Assembly (NCBI GenBank): GCA_005239895.1
Contig: SBBB01000025.1
Span: forward strand, 8,980 to 72,979
DNA length: 64,000 nucleotides
Reading direction: 5' to 3'
DNA from: a bacterium
Lineage (GTDB): Bacteria > Patescibacteriota > Patescibacteriia > SBBB01
Under the pieces are notes generated by a model that saw nothing but the letters and a program-made list of their open reading frames with translations, made no database searches and was not told the DNA's origin. The position numbers were made by a program, and so were the translations under genes. Shown here piece after piece: positions 36,350 through 47,070 of the stretch (positions are counted from its first letter, which is position 1; each line of letters starts with the position of its first letter).

Positions 36350-37660
36350 TTATTTTTTGATGGTTACACGCAAAAGAAGAAAAGCTAAAATTACAATAAC
36401 GAGGGTTAATATCATTGGTAAAATATAAGGCGAGCGTTCAAGCAGTGGGACTTGTTTTTGTACGGGAGCAGTATAATTAGCATTATTTTCTAAAGGATAA
36501 ATAGCTGAGACATGGCTAAGACTTGCTATATTGGTGTATTGTAAAACCTTTTCAATATCTTTATATTCTGCTCTTCGGGCTGTAGGATTTCCAAGATAAG
36601 CATAATAGGTTTTATTAGGGCTAACATTAAATAATATTTTTCGTATTGTTCCTGAAAGCGTTGCTGTTTTAATATTTAAGGGTTTGTCATCTTTATTGAT
36701 AATTGTAGCTCGCAGGTAGCGACGATTTGATTCTGGATATTGAAAATTTAAATTATCTCCAGTAAATTGGGGCGTATTTATAGAAAAAATATAACCATTA
36801 CCAAGAAATTGCCAGTTAGTTTTATCTTCACTAGCGGACAAAACTACAAGTCTACTAAAATTTTTATCCTCAGTAGTAAAGCTTCCTTTTTTGTGCGGAA
36901 TACCATTTGCGCCCAAGTCTATAATTATTTCACTAACACGTTCTTTTGATTTTTGGACAGTTTCTATTTGAGGTTCATAAATTAATTCTTTAGCTACTTC
37001 AGTTGTTTGTTTAATTATGTATACACCATCAATTCTTAAAGGTTGCAATGGCCTAAGGCTACTAGTATATTCTTCTTTGCCTTGATCTGAAATTTTTATA
37101 GATAAATATCTGAGATTAGTTGCCGGATAAGTAATTGTAGTATCTTGCACTGATATGGGATTAATGTCCTCTACAGTATAATCAAATATTTGTCCGCGGG
37201 GATTTAAACTTTTCCAATAAGTTTTATCACTACTCCCCTGCACTTCTACTATGCGACGGAAATTTTTAGACAAGGTTTCAAGGGTTAAGGAATTATGCGT
37301 TAAATTTTCTTGACCTATGTCAACAATAACAGTTGTTGATTCTCCGGGTAGAGATTTTTGATCAATTATATTGGTTGGCGTTTTTGAAATTGTATGGCTA
37401 GACTGATCTATTAATAATGCGTAGGGTACTTCACCATCTTGATCTACAATCCGCAAATCATTCATATCAGTTCTAAGATTACCAAAAAATTCTGGCAATA
37501 TATCTAAAATAACTATACTGTCTGAAGTTATGGATTCAGTGTTGATTTTAGCTTTAAATTTCCACGCAGTTGGTACAAAATCAGCTTGCGCTAAATTTAT
37601 AGACGCAATAAACAAACTAATAAAAATAAAAAAAACAATTAATATTTTTTGATGTTTCAT
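36350..37660 (-). CDS. DUF3999-like secreted, C-terminally anchored protein
   Basis: Signal peptide, DLRIVD..GEVPY, two NF.R.V.V..S.D...W repeats, GNP.A....Y, C-terminal TM; next to a DUF2339-like gene. Confidence 0.7.
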   Translation of the reverse strand: MKHQKILIVFFIFISLFIASINLAQADFVPTAWKFKAKINTESITSDSIVILDILPEFFGNLRTDMNDLRIVDQDGEVPYALLIDQSSHTISKTPTNIIDQKSLPGESTTVIVDIGQENLTHNSLTLETLSKNFRRIVEVQGSSDKTYWKSLNPRGQIFDYTVEDINPISVQDTTITYPATNLRYLSIKISDQGKEEYTSSLRPLQPLRIDGVYIIKQTTEVAKELIYEPQIETVQKSKERVSEIIIDLGANGIPHKKGSFTTEDKNFSRLVVLSASEDKTNWQFLGNGYIFSINTPQFTGDNLNFQYPESNRRYLRATIINKDDKPLNIKTATLSGTIRKILFNVSPNKTYYAYLGNPTARRAEYKDIEKVLQYTNIASLSHVSAIYPLENNANYTAPVQKQVPLLERSPYILPMILTLVIVILAFLLLRVTIKK

Positions 37661-37683
37661 ATTAAGCCTAAAAATTATGGATG

Positions 37684-39615
37684 TTACTTAGGATTGGATT
37701 GATTTAGTTTTTCTGGTTGTTCTGGATTTGATTTATCTTGACGGAAATAAAGGTATGAAATAATCATTAAAATGATACCCAGCACAATAGATGGAATTAT
37801 TCTGTATAGTACGGGTAATTCTGCTAAATCTACAAAGAACACTTTTAGTATCGCGATAACTAAAAGTCCTATCGCAAACCAGCGCAAAGGTTTGTTTGAA
37901 TATATAATCCCTATAATTATTAAAATAATCGCATAAAGTATCCAAAAAACAGAATAAGTTACTTGTTGTTTGTATCTAATATTTTCAATGGCAGTATTTG
38001 GTTGTAATTCTTTAATAATATCCCCTGGTAGTTCTTTGCCCATCTCTATATTTTTTATCATAGTGTCTATATCTTCTTTGTTTGTGTGGGTTGCTTGTTC
38101 AGCAACGTAAATTTTATATCTAAAGTATTGATGAAGATCAAACTGAATATTAAAGAATACTAATAAAATTATAATTGCTCCAAACACCCCTTGTAATTGT
38201 TTATTGTTCTTTGTTTCTAGCTCGTCTTTGTCGTCGGCTGGGTTTATTTTTACACTACTAAATAATATAAACGCGGCTGATATAGTTGCCATAAGATACG
38301 TAAAGAAGCGTTTGTTAAATACAGGTGTAAAATCAGTCAAGGCTTGAGGTGTTAAATTATAATCGTCAATTGCAAACATTCTGATCATGGCAATAGCATA
38401 AACTCCTATGGCAAAAGCTTTAATATTACTATTTTTGAGTGTTGATCCTAAAACAAATAGAACTGCAGCTTCAACAATCCAAGCTATAGTAATGGCGTTT
38501 TGATCTAATTGTAAAGGTATGGCTAAAGTTAAAAACACCAAAGCAATGGTTCCTAAAAATAAGACCATTTGTTTATCTTCGGAATGCAGGGTTTTAACTA
38601 AGTAGGCTGCAAAAATATATATAGCGCCAAGTCCAGCAGCTATAAAACCTAAAGTATGTTCATATCCCGGTTTTAAAAGATCGTAGATCCAGAGAGCAAA
38701 CCAAGCTGAATTAACAGTGAGTATGGCCAAATCTGTATTTGTGCTTAATTTTTGGGTCATGATATTTCCAGTCACAGTGATCCAAACATAAAGAATAAAA
38801 AATATAGATAAAATAAATATGGTAAAGAATAATTTACTGGGATCATAAAAATCTTCATGCCAGTCTAGAAAATTTACTATAGTAGCTATAAAACCAATCA
38901 CTGTGAGGTGGTTCCATTTTTTAAAAAACGCAACACCTAAAATACCTACATTTAAAATAATTAAATATGTAAATCGTCCAATATCATTAGCGACTGTGGT
39001 AGATAATATCAGGGGTGTCATAAAACCACCCAAGGTTGAAAAGATGGCAAGCGATAAAGCATCCACCCGTATGGCTAGAGCTACCCCAAATACAGTTATA
39101 AGTGACATAAAACTAAAAGCTGTTACTTGATCAATTTTTTTATACCAATCAAATGCTGAAAATGTAGCCAAATAAAGTAAAGCTATACCTACTCCAGTTA
39201 GAATATGTGAATATTTAGTTAAACGTGAACGTAAAAATTCTCCCAATACAATAAATATCATGCCAGCTATTATAGTAAGTATTATGCGACCATTTTCACT
39301 AATCCATTTTTCATCAAATGCATATTTTAAGAAAAATCCAACTCCAAGCAGAACAGCGATACCACCAATCGCAGCAAACCACCATTTACCAATTTTTGAT
39401 TCTAGGTCTTGAATCTTTTTTCTATCTTCGGGTGGTTTTGTGTCTTGAATTACTATAGGCGTTGATGTTTGTCTTAAGGGTGGAGGTGGTGGTGCTGTGA
39501 CAGTCACGGGTTTAATATAACTAAAACTATTGGAAAAACTAGGGCGATTTAGAGATTTTTCAATTGATGTTAAGCGGCTATTAATTTCATCTAATTTTTT
39601 TAAAATTTCATCCAT
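37684..39615 (-). CDS. DUF2339-like multi-pass membrane protein
   Basis: LESKIGKWWF..IGG...FFLKYA, GGFMTP, KVFFVDL...YRI. Confidence 0.82.
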   Translation of the reverse strand: MDEILKKLDEINSRLTSIEKSLNRPSFSNSFSYIKPVTVTAPPPPPLRQTSTPIVIQDTKPPEDRKKIQDLESKIGKWWFAAIGGIAVLLGVGFFLKYAFDEKWISENGRIILTIIAGMIFIVLGEFLRSRLTKYSHILTGVGIALLYLATFSAFDWYKKIDQVTAFSFMSLITVFGVALAIRVDALSLAIFSTLGGFMTPLILSTTVANDIGRFTYLIILNVGILGVAFFKKWNHLTVIGFIATIVNFLDWHEDFYDPSKLFFTIFILSIFFILYVWITVTGNIMTQKLSTNTDLAILTVNSAWFALWIYDLLKPGYEHTLGFIAAGLGAIYIFAAYLVKTLHSEDKQMVLFLGTIALVFLTLAIPLQLDQNAITIAWIVEAAVLFVLGSTLKNSNIKAFAIGVYAIAMIRMFAIDDYNLTPQALTDFTPVFNKRFFTYLMATISAAFILFSSVKINPADDKDELETKNNKQLQGVFGAIIILLVFFNIQFDLHQYFRYKIYVAEQATHTNKEDIDTMIKNIEMGKELPGDIIKELQPNTAIENIRYKQQVTYSVFWILYAIILIIIGIIYSNKPLRWFAIGLLVIAILKVFFVDLAELPVLYRIIPSIVLGIILMIISYLYFRQDKSNPEQPEKLNQSNPK

Positions 39616-39633
39616 ATTTTTAAAGTTACGGGT

Positions 39634-40524
39634 TTAATTTTTTATTGCCTTAATGTTGTTATATATACAGAATAAATAAATTGTTATTAATGGAATAAAA
39701 AATAAATCAAGCATGAAATTAGTAATTACTTCAGCAGCTGGTATGTTTTCAAATAAAATAGGTGTAATCATTACGGGAATGAAAAATAAGAAGAATATAA
39801 AAAATAAACGCCCAAAAACTGCCCACCATTTACCTTTTATATATTCTTTGCTTTTTTGTAAAGCATTCATACCCTTTAAATCCTCTATTATAAAAACAAA
39901 TATTGTCAAGCTATACCAAACAGAAAAAATTATACCTGGAATAATAAACAGCAAAAATCCCAGCACCGTAATCAATCCTTGTAAAAAAATAACCCACGAA
40001 TAAGGCAGTATTTTAGCCCAACTTCTACGGTATGCCTCTACGACACCAATTCCCTCTTGGTTGTCTTTTATAGCGTAAAGTAGTGCTATTTGACTCCATA
40101 CGGAAATTATAGCAATGATTATAACCATTAAAATGATTAACGGAAGAGCAATTCCCGTCGCAAACATTGCGACTACGGACGAAGAACCGCTTTTTGCTAA
40201 TAAAGCTAAACTACCACCAGCTAATAGCAATAATAAACCAATAGAAACAACTAATGGAGCTGCGGCAATTCCCAAAAAGGTTTGCATCCTTTGTTTATAT
40301 AACAACCAAGATTGTTGTAAAATATCCATTGCTCCTGGCAAGACAGTTATATTTGTTTGAGCTGTTTGACTTTGCGAAACGACTGGATTAGAAAGCTCAG
40401 CAAAAGCCTCGTTAATATCACCTTCTTTCCATCCACTAGAAACAAGCGCACTTTTTATTTGCTCAGGACTAACACCGCTCTGTAATTGTTGGTTTATATA
40501 ATTTAATAACTCCTGATTAGGCAT
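39634..40524 (-). CDS. Integral membrane protein
   Basis: N-terminal LLNYI...G...IKSAL..SGW domain; LLFIIPGI...ALQKS..YIKGKWW. Confidence 0.7.
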   Translation of the reverse strand: MPNQELLNYINQQLQSGVSPEQIKSALVSSGWKEGDINEAFAELSNPVVSQSQTAQTNITVLPGAMDILQQSWLLYKQRMQTFLGIAAAPLVVSIGLLLLLAGGSLALLAKSGSSSVVAMFATGIALPLIILMVIIIAIISVWSQIALLYAIKDNQEGIGVVEAYRRSWAKILPYSWVIFLQGLITVLGFLLFIIPGIIFSVWYSLTIFVFIIEDLKGMNALQKSKEYIKGKWWAVFGRLFFIFFLFFIPVMITPILFENIPAAEVITNFMLDLFFIPLITIYLFCIYNNIKAIKN

Positions 40525-40532
40525 ATGTAAAT

Positions 40533-40940
40533 TTAAAAATTAACCGCTTTTTTAATATTATTATTGTCTTGAGCTTCGGTATAAAGATTATCTTTAATAT
40601 CCAGTTTTTGAAAAAAAATTTCAAAAATTTCAGTGCTGGTTTGAGTATTAAGATCTATCATATTCGGAGCGGCAAAAATAAAAGATTTACAAATTGTATC
40701 TCTAAGGCTTTCTGGTGTTTTATATTCTTGTAATTTATTAAATAACAATTCCAGGGCCTGGTTTAGTTTTTGAGAGTGTTTCGATTTGGAGAAGTTATTG
40801 CCGTTTAAATAGTCAGGCCTGTTTATAGTTTGTTTTTCTTCGGTCAATGGTTTCGGTTCTATTTTAGGGTTTAATCCGTCTTTAGGTTTTATTATTGCTT
40901 CGCGGGTAAACAAACCATCGCCTTCCCTACCTTTAAACAT
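40533..40940 (-). CDS. Hypothetical protein
   Basis: 135-aa ORF co-oriented with the operon. Confidence 0.5.
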   Translation of the reverse strand: MFKGREGDGLFTREAIIKPKDGLNPKIEPKPLTEEKQTINRPDYLNGNNFSKSKHSQKLNQALELLFNKLQEYKTPESLRDTICKSFIFAAPNMIDLNTQTSTEIFEIFFQKLDIKDNLYTEAQDNNNIKKAVNF

Positions 40941-41045
40941 ATAATTAATACTTGAAAGTTTAAATTATACTATTTTAAGTATAGCACATTACACATAAAG
41001 ATACAAGAAAGTTCACTTAGTAGCGAAACCACCAAGTGATAATGG

Positions 41046-42485
41046 TTATTCATTCAGTCCGTACCAATCAATTTTTCGTGATAAATACATAATGATGCTT
41101 AGGGTTAAAAACAGCAATAAACTTCCAGCCAATAATGCGTAGTCTTCTAACTGTAGTGTTATGTAAGTAAAAATATAAAGAAACATGAGTATCAAAAATT
41201 GAATCCAGAGCATTCTAGAATTTGCTAAAATATATTTGGAGTATAGCGTGATTAAGCTTACGGTTGACACACTGGCTATTAAATACGCCCAAGCAAAACC
41301 TAGTAATTCAGAAATTGAAATAAGTAACACGTAAAATAACACCAATACTAATCCAATTAAAATATATTGAATGGGGTGTATTTTTTTTCGATTAAACACT
41401 TCAACGAAAAACAATATTAAGAAAGTTAGAGAAATTATCAGTAAAGCATACTTAGCGCTTCTTTCAGTTTTAGCATAGCTATCAATTCCTGGTAAAAGTT
41501 TTACACCTAAAGCTGACGAATATACATTATAGGAATTGTCGGTCCAGAACTGCGGGTATCCCCTATTAAAATCAAAAATTTTCCAAGAAGCTTCAAAACC
41601 CTTATCAGTTATAGTGCGTGTATCAGGTAAAAAAGCTCCATCAAAACTGGGATTGTTCCAACTTGATTTCATATTTATTTTAGTAGTTTTTCCAATGGGG
41701 ATGAATTTTATATCTTGGCTTCCATTTAAGTTTATGGTAAATGAGAATTCATTATTTTTTATATTTTTTAAATTATCTGGTAGTTGAACGCTAATACCAT
41801 TCCCCTGTCCATCTCTTTTTGCTGGCACTGGACTTATATCTACAATATCAGCCGGTAATGTGTATCTTTCGTATTTGCTGTGCTCAAAAGAAGGGATATC
41901 ATAACCATAATTTGTATTATAATCATGCACCACATCGTTGGTTGGAATTCCAGGTTTAAATTCTAGATTTGAGTCATTCCAATTTAAACTTATTTTATCT
42001 TTAATACCCCTCGTATCAGAAATACCAACTGATACAAAAGCCTTATTCCAATCTAGGTCAGATTCTTGCAAGTTTACAACACTTGCATTTATTTCTGTAA
42101 ATTTTCCAGAAAAATTAATTTTAGAAGAATAAACCACAGCATCAAAAATTCCACGTGATCGTATTTGTGGTTCTAGAGTGACATTAATTAAAAGTTCTTC
42201 GGGTAAAAAATGGGCATATTTAGTTGCAGAAAAAACAGGTTTTGCATCTACAATATTTATAACCTGTTTATAAGGAATTGATAAAATTGGACCAACCACG
42301 GTTTGTCTTTGTCCCCATTGTTGGCTTATTTTAGATAGTGCTATTTCTTTTCTTGATTGCCTTTCATAAACTAGGTCTTTTACAAAATCAAGAGGAATTA
42401 ATAGTAAAAGTATCAATACCCCGACTACAATGATTCTAAAAGTAATAGAATATCTTAACCAATTTGTAAAATTTGTTTTATCCAT
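41046..42485 (-). CDS. creD: Inner membrane protein CreD
   Basis: PSFDGAFLP, ERSAKYA, IHPIQY, LLISISE, EDYALL.GS. Confidence 0.93.
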   Translation of the reverse strand: MDKTNFTNWLRYSITFRIIVVGVLILLLLIPLDFVKDLVYERQSRKEIALSKISQQWGQRQTVVGPILSIPYKQVINIVDAKPVFSATKYAHFLPEELLINVTLEPQIRSRGIFDAVVYSSKINFSGKFTEINASVVNLQESDLDWNKAFVSVGISDTRGIKDKISLNWNDSNLEFKPGIPTNDVVHDYNTNYGYDIPSFEHSKYERYTLPADIVDISPVPAKRDGQGNGISVQLPDNLKNIKNNEFSFTINLNGSQDIKFIPIGKTTKINMKSSWNNPSFDGAFLPDTRTITDKGFEASWKIFDFNRGYPQFWTDNSYNVYSSALGVKLLPGIDSYAKTERSAKYALLIISLTFLILFFVEVFNRKKIHPIQYILIGLVLVLFYVLLISISELLGFAWAYLIASVSTVSLITLYSKYILANSRMLWIQFLILMFLYIFTYITLQLEDYALLAGSLLLFLTLSIIMYLSRKIDWYGLNE

Positions 42486-42665
42486 AAAATATTAGTTTGA
42501 AAAGTTATTAAGTTTGTAAAGTAATAAAGTGATTATTTTTGTAAAAACAGTATTTCCTCCTAAAGAAGATATCATAAAATAGCAGAATTAGTCAATATCA
42601 AAGCAGGGGTAGAAAGTTATAATTTTCTACTTTTAAACTTTAAAACCTTGTAAACTATTTCTCAG

Positions 42666-42737
42666 TCGGGCTAGTGGGAGTCGAACCCACTGTCACACCC
42701 ACCCCAAGGGCGTATGTTGCCGATACACTATAGCCCG
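42666..42737 (-). tRNA. tRNA-Pro(GGG)
   Basis: CGGGCTA acceptor, CGCCC-TT-GGG-GT-GGGTG, GGTTCGACTCC. Confidence 0.93.
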
Positions 42738-42743
42738 CTATTG

Positions 42744-42815
42744 AGGCCTGGATGGGAATTGCACCCATGTATAAGAGTTTTGCAGACTCCTGCCTTACTA
42801 CTTGGCTACCAGGCC
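42744..42815 (-). tRNA. tRNA-Cys(GCA)
   Basis: GGCCTGG acceptor, GGAGT-CT-GCA-AA-ACTCT, U discriminator; T-loop TGCAATT variant. Confidence 0.92.
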
Positions 42816-42884
42816 GTAATTAAAACAATGTAGCTGGACGCGCGATAAATCTTAACGTCCAGCCTGGATAATTTTATTTTAAAT

Positions 42885-43655
42885 TCACTTATTAAACAAC
42901 AGGGGCGAAAATAATACTAAAGCACACATAACAATACCAAAAATTAAAGCCACAAAAGCCAAAGAAAACGGATATTTTAAGTTCCACCATCTTTGGTTTC
43001 GGCGTTCTTCTTTTTTTAGAATAGCTTGAACTCTGAACTTTTTGTGCATTAAACTATGTTTGATACGTTGTTGTACATTCCATAGTACCAGATCTTGTTG
43101 GATATCATTCAAGGATGTGATTGTTACATCTAGTGGATTCATACGCCACTTTTTTACAGTTGAAAACATGGCTTTTATGATTTCTGTGAGTTTGAATTGT
43201 TCAGTTTTTCCAATTAAACACAATCTTTGATTTATATCTCTAATATTTTGTCCCCTTTTTAGAGAGCTAGAAACATAACGCAAATAGGTTTGAAATAACT
43301 GAGATTTTTGCTCCTCACTACTGCCGGACAATTCTAGCACAGATGTTAAAATGTGCATGAGTTGCTTTTTCTCATCCGGTGTTAAGGAATTGTTTTGTTC
43401 TAAAACCCTATCAATATCATTCCCATTTAATTTTTCTGCTTTAGAGGTCTGCTTAGATATAGACAACAGCACTTCCAGTGCATAGATTGTTTGATTGTCT
43501 TCTTGGTTAAGCGTGTTTTTTAATTTTGTAACTAATGCGTCGTATAAACCAGCGCGTTGTTTACTCCCTGATGCTTCCCGGGGTCTATACTCTCGCAATA
43601 CCAAATCTGGTACAAAAGCCGTTACCAGATGAATTATCCATTCTCCAAATGTCAT
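42885..43655 (-). CDS. Hypothetical helical protein with C-terminal TM anchor
   Basis: GGGAGG RBS; hydrophobic C-terminus. Confidence 0.6.
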   Translation of the reverse strand: MTFGEWIIHLVTAFVPDLVLREYRPREASGSKQRAGLYDALVTKLKNTLNQEDNQTIYALEVLLSISKQTSKAEKLNGNDIDRVLEQNNSLTPDEKKQLMHILTSVLELSGSSEEQKSQLFQTYLRYVSSSLKRGQNIRDINQRLCLIGKTEQFKLTEIIKAMFSTVKKWRMNPLDVTITSLNDIQQDLVLWNVQQRIKHSLMHKKFRVQAILKKEERRNQRWWNLKYPFSLAFVALIFGIVMCALVLFSPLLFNK

Positions 43656-43730
43656 GACATCCTCCCTGTTTTAGTTGTGAAACGATTACTATATCCTAGC
43701 ATTAATATTTACAATAGAAAAGAGGTATAT

Positions 43731-45899
43731 TTAAAGCGTTTTATTTTTTAATTGAGCTTGATTATAATGCCAACGAATTACATTCAGGGTTTGACTATCT
43801 ATGGCGGTAATATCTATTGATTTACCAATTTCGTTTTTTACTTCTTGAATTGATTTTTGATCATTCATTCTAAGACTAGTTGTCCAAACATCTATAGCTG
43901 CTGGTAAATATTTTTTATTAAGATACCAAGTATGTTTAGCCATATCAGCCGCGGCTTGATTGTGTCCAAAAGCTGAATATAATTTAATTAATTCTAAATA
44001 AATTAATTGTTTTTTAGGACTTAATAAATTAGCTTCTAATAATATTTTTTCAGATTTTTTTATATTATTTATATTAGGATTTATTTGAGCTAACATGTTT
44101 AAAGTTGAACCCTGCAAAAGCATATAAGCGGCGTTTGGATTTGCTATTTTATTTTCTTGCTCTAGTTCATTGTTTGTAAATATTAATAATTGTTCAATTT
44201 CGTTTTTAGAATATGGACTAGATGTTGGATTTAATTTATATTCAAACCATGCGTCTTGAGTAGTTGACCACAAGTGTTTGCGGGTTTCTGTATTTCCGAA
44301 GCTATTATATTTTAAGGCCGATTGAAATTTAGCAATAATATTTTCCATAGGTTGTTTTTTTCGATAGGATTGTAAAGCTAAAATAAGTGACTTGGATTGT
44401 AAAATTGGCTTGAAATGTAAACCAATGCCAGCATATATAATTGTTAAGAAAAATATAATAGTTAATAAGGTGTAATGATATACAGGGCGTTGAGAGGTTG
44501 TGGCAGTTTGTATAGACAGTGTTTCCTCACCATCACTGGTTCTGTATTGCGTATAAGCTAAAAATGCAAAAAATAAAATATAAATATTAAAATTATCAAA
44601 TACAAATAAATTTTGAATCAAGTAGGAAGAAAACAAACCAATTAAAATCATAGTTTCTATAATATGGATTTTAGATTTATGACAATTGTATAGCAATAAC
44701 AAAATAGCGACTATAAATATGCTTAAATAACTTAGTAAGCCTAGAATTCCAGCGTTTATTAACCAGTCAAAAACAATACTATGAGCGCGATCAAACCACG
44801 CTTCGTGTCCTTCTAAATTAGGGTCAAAATGTTTTTGAAAAACTAAATAGTAATTTTCTTGTCCATATCCCAGAAATGGCTGTTCAAGAAATCCTTTCCA
44901 TGCCATTTTCCAAACCATAATTCGCGGCGTAATCGTGGAATCAGCAAGAGAATAATTAGTCAATCTGTATAAAGTTGAGTTAGATTTTATAAATTCCGTG
45001 TTTCTAAAATATATAAGTCCAGTAATTAATAAAACAATTGAAATTAAGAAGATAACCAAGCCTAGCCGCGGCAATGGCCAAGCTTGATTTTGATTGTTAG
45101 TAGACAATATTTTGTTTTGTAAATGTGGCAAATTATGGTTCTCAGTAGAAGTTTGAAATTTTTTCCAGAATACAATAGAACTTAATAAACAAAATATAGA
45201 TACTACAACTAAACTTAATACAACTCCACGCGTGAGACTTAAAACAATAATCGAAATTTGTAATAATAAAATTAAATAATATATGGGCAACACTATTTTT
45301 TTATTTGGATTTTTTTGAGATTGATAAATTAACATTAACAACAATCCTACATGAAACAATGCGTAAGCAGCTAAATAAATTGGATTTCCCAAAGTTGAAT
45401 CTACGCGTTCTATATTTAGAGCCAACCTTTGATACACAGCCTGGATAGCAATTACTACACTAACTGCTAGGGTTGAATGAAAAAATAATAACCAATCTTT
45501 ATTTTGTTTTAAAATACCAACCAAAACCATCCAATACAAATATAAATGGAAGATAGTCATAAAGCCTTCCATTCTTTCGTAATTTGAAAAAAACGCAGCC
45601 TGGGGATTAAAACTTAGCAAATCAGCTATAAATACTATAGCTATAAAAATAGTAATAGTCGTAAATAAAATCGTCATCTTCGGTCTAAATTTAGGATTAC
45701 AAATTGCTAGTACTAACCATAAACTAAAAATTATTTCAACCATGATTCTAAAGAGAAAGGTGCGTCCGGTAATATACGGAAATAGCATACTGCTTGAAAT
45801 ATAGAGTGGCAAAAACGTAATAAGGCAGAGCCCGATTTTGATAATCCATGTGTAAAGTTTTTCTAAATTTTGAATAGTTGAATTTGGTTTGATGTGCAT
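43731..45899 (-). CDS. O-antigen ligase/O-oligosaccharyltransferase-like protein with helical (TPR-like) tail
   Basis: STLGNPIYLA, TRG, R...W..A......PFLGYG, DRAH. Confidence 0.85.
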   Translation of the reverse strand: MHIKPNSTIQNLEKLYTWIIKIGLCLITFLPLYISSSMLFPYITGRTFLFRIMVEIIFSLWLVLAICNPKFRPKMTILFTTITIFIAIVFIADLLSFNPQAAFFSNYERMEGFMTIFHLYLYWMVLVGILKQNKDWLLFFHSTLAVSVVIAIQAVYQRLALNIERVDSTLGNPIYLAAYALFHVGLLLMLIYQSQKNPNKKIVLPIYYLILLLQISIIVLSLTRGVVLSLVVVSIFCLLSSIVFWKKFQTSTENHNLPHLQNKILSTNNQNQAWPLPRLGLVIFLISIVLLITGLIYFRNTEFIKSNSTLYRLTNYSLADSTITPRIMVWKMAWKGFLEQPFLGYGQENYYLVFQKHFDPNLEGHEAWFDRAHSIVFDWLINAGILGLLSYLSIFIVAILLLLYNCHKSKIHIIETMILIGLFSSYLIQNLFVFDNFNIYILFFAFLAYTQYRTSDGEETLSIQTATTSQRPVYHYTLLTIIFFLTIIYAGIGLHFKPILQSKSLILALQSYRKKQPMENIIAKFQSALKYNSFGNTETRKHLWSTTQDAWFEYKLNPTSSPYSKNEIEQLLIFTNNELEQENKIANPNAAYMLLQGSTLNMLAQINPNINNIKKSEKILLEANLLSPKKQLIYLELIKLYSAFGHNQAAADMAKHTWYLNKKYLPAAIDVWTTSLRMNDQKSIQEVKNEIGKSIDITAIDSQTLNVIRWHYNQAQLKNKTL

Positions 45900-45903
45900 A
45901 TTG

Positions 45904-47055
45904 TTATACTGTTTGTTTAGATATATTTAATAAAATACCAATACCAGCCATAGCTGAAATTAAAGCTGTTCCACCATAACTAATAAATGGGAGTGGAATA
46001 CCTGTTAAGGGCATTAAATTAGATATACCCATAATATTTAAAAAAGCTTGACATAAAATCCACGCTACAATGCCCGTAGCTATTAATCTACCAAATAAAT
46101 CTGGGGCTTTTTTGGCAATTAGTAATCCTCGATACATGAAAATTAAAAATATAACAATAATTCCAGCGCTAATCAAAAAACCTAATTCTTCCGCTACAAT
46201 CGCGAAAGTTGAATCAGCGAGTACTTCGGGAAGATATTGAAACTTTTGTCGCGACTCGCCAAACCCTCTACCCAATAAACCACCGGAACCAATAGCTAGC
46301 AAAGCCTGATTAATTTGATAGCCACTACCCTGAGGATCTAGTTCGGGGTGCAAAAAAACATTTAAACGTTGCATGCGATAAGGCGCCATATTCATTGCAA
46401 TTCCTATAAGTATTATAGCAATCAGGCCAGTTAATATAAAATATCTTATTTTTACTTCAGCTATAAAACACATTGCGGCTACTATAAAAAATAAAATTAA
46501 CAGAGTTCCGACATCGGGTTGAGCTAAAATTAAACCAAAAATTGTACTGACTATAGTTATAACGGATATATAACGCCAAATATTTATTTTAAATTTAGTT
46601 TTAGAATAACGATAATTAGTGCGAGAACTGTCGTCCTCTTTAGGTCTGTCTTTATATTTATCAAACCAAGCGGCTAAATAAATAATTAATAATAATTTTA
46701 TTATTTCTGCTGGTTGTATAGTTATAAACCCTAAATTAATCCAGCTTTTAGATGAGGCATGCGTTAAACTTAGGGGTGGAATAAGTGCCATGGTTAATAA
46801 AGCTACACCAAAAACGATTAAATATAATGAAATTTTTTTTAAAAATTTATAATTTATGTAATAAAGAGCGGTTAAAACCAAAACACCGGGTAGTAAACCT
46901 AACAATAATTGATGTTTTAAATAATAGTAAACATCATCCGATCTTTTATAAGCTTTAACCACACTTACCGAAGAGAACATAACTATTCCAAAAATAATCA
47001 GAATAGCTAAACTGATAATAATAATATAATCTGGTTTATGGTGAGCCAAATGCAT
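45904..47055 (-). CDS. ftsW: SEDS peptidoglycan polymerase FtsW
   Basis: IQPAEIIK, QPDVGT, GYQINQAL.AIGSGG, TGIPLPFISYGG; after mraY. Confidence 0.92.
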   Translation of the reverse strand: MHLAHHKPDYIIIISLAILIIFGIVMFSSVSVVKAYKRSDDVYYYLKHQLLLGLLPGVLVLTALYYINYKFLKKISLYLIVFGVALLTMALIPPLSLTHASSKSWINLGFITIQPAEIIKLLLIIYLAAWFDKYKDRPKEDDSSRTNYRYSKTKFKINIWRYISVITIVSTIFGLILAQPDVGTLLILFFIVAAMCFIAEVKIRYFILTGLIAIILIGIAMNMAPYRMQRLNVFLHPELDPQGSGYQINQALLAIGSGGLLGRGFGESRQKFQYLPEVLADSTFAIVAEELGFLISAGIIVIFLIFMYRGLLIAKKAPDLFGRLIATGIVAWILCQAFLNIMGISNLMPLTGIPLPFISYGGTALISAMAGIGILLNISKQTV

Positions 47056-47070
47056 ATTTTTAATATTATC

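Noticed and set aside
42666-42815. tRNAs lacking encoded CCA, and the Cys TGC T-loop
   Set aside because: Both are known variants; CCA can be added enzymatically.
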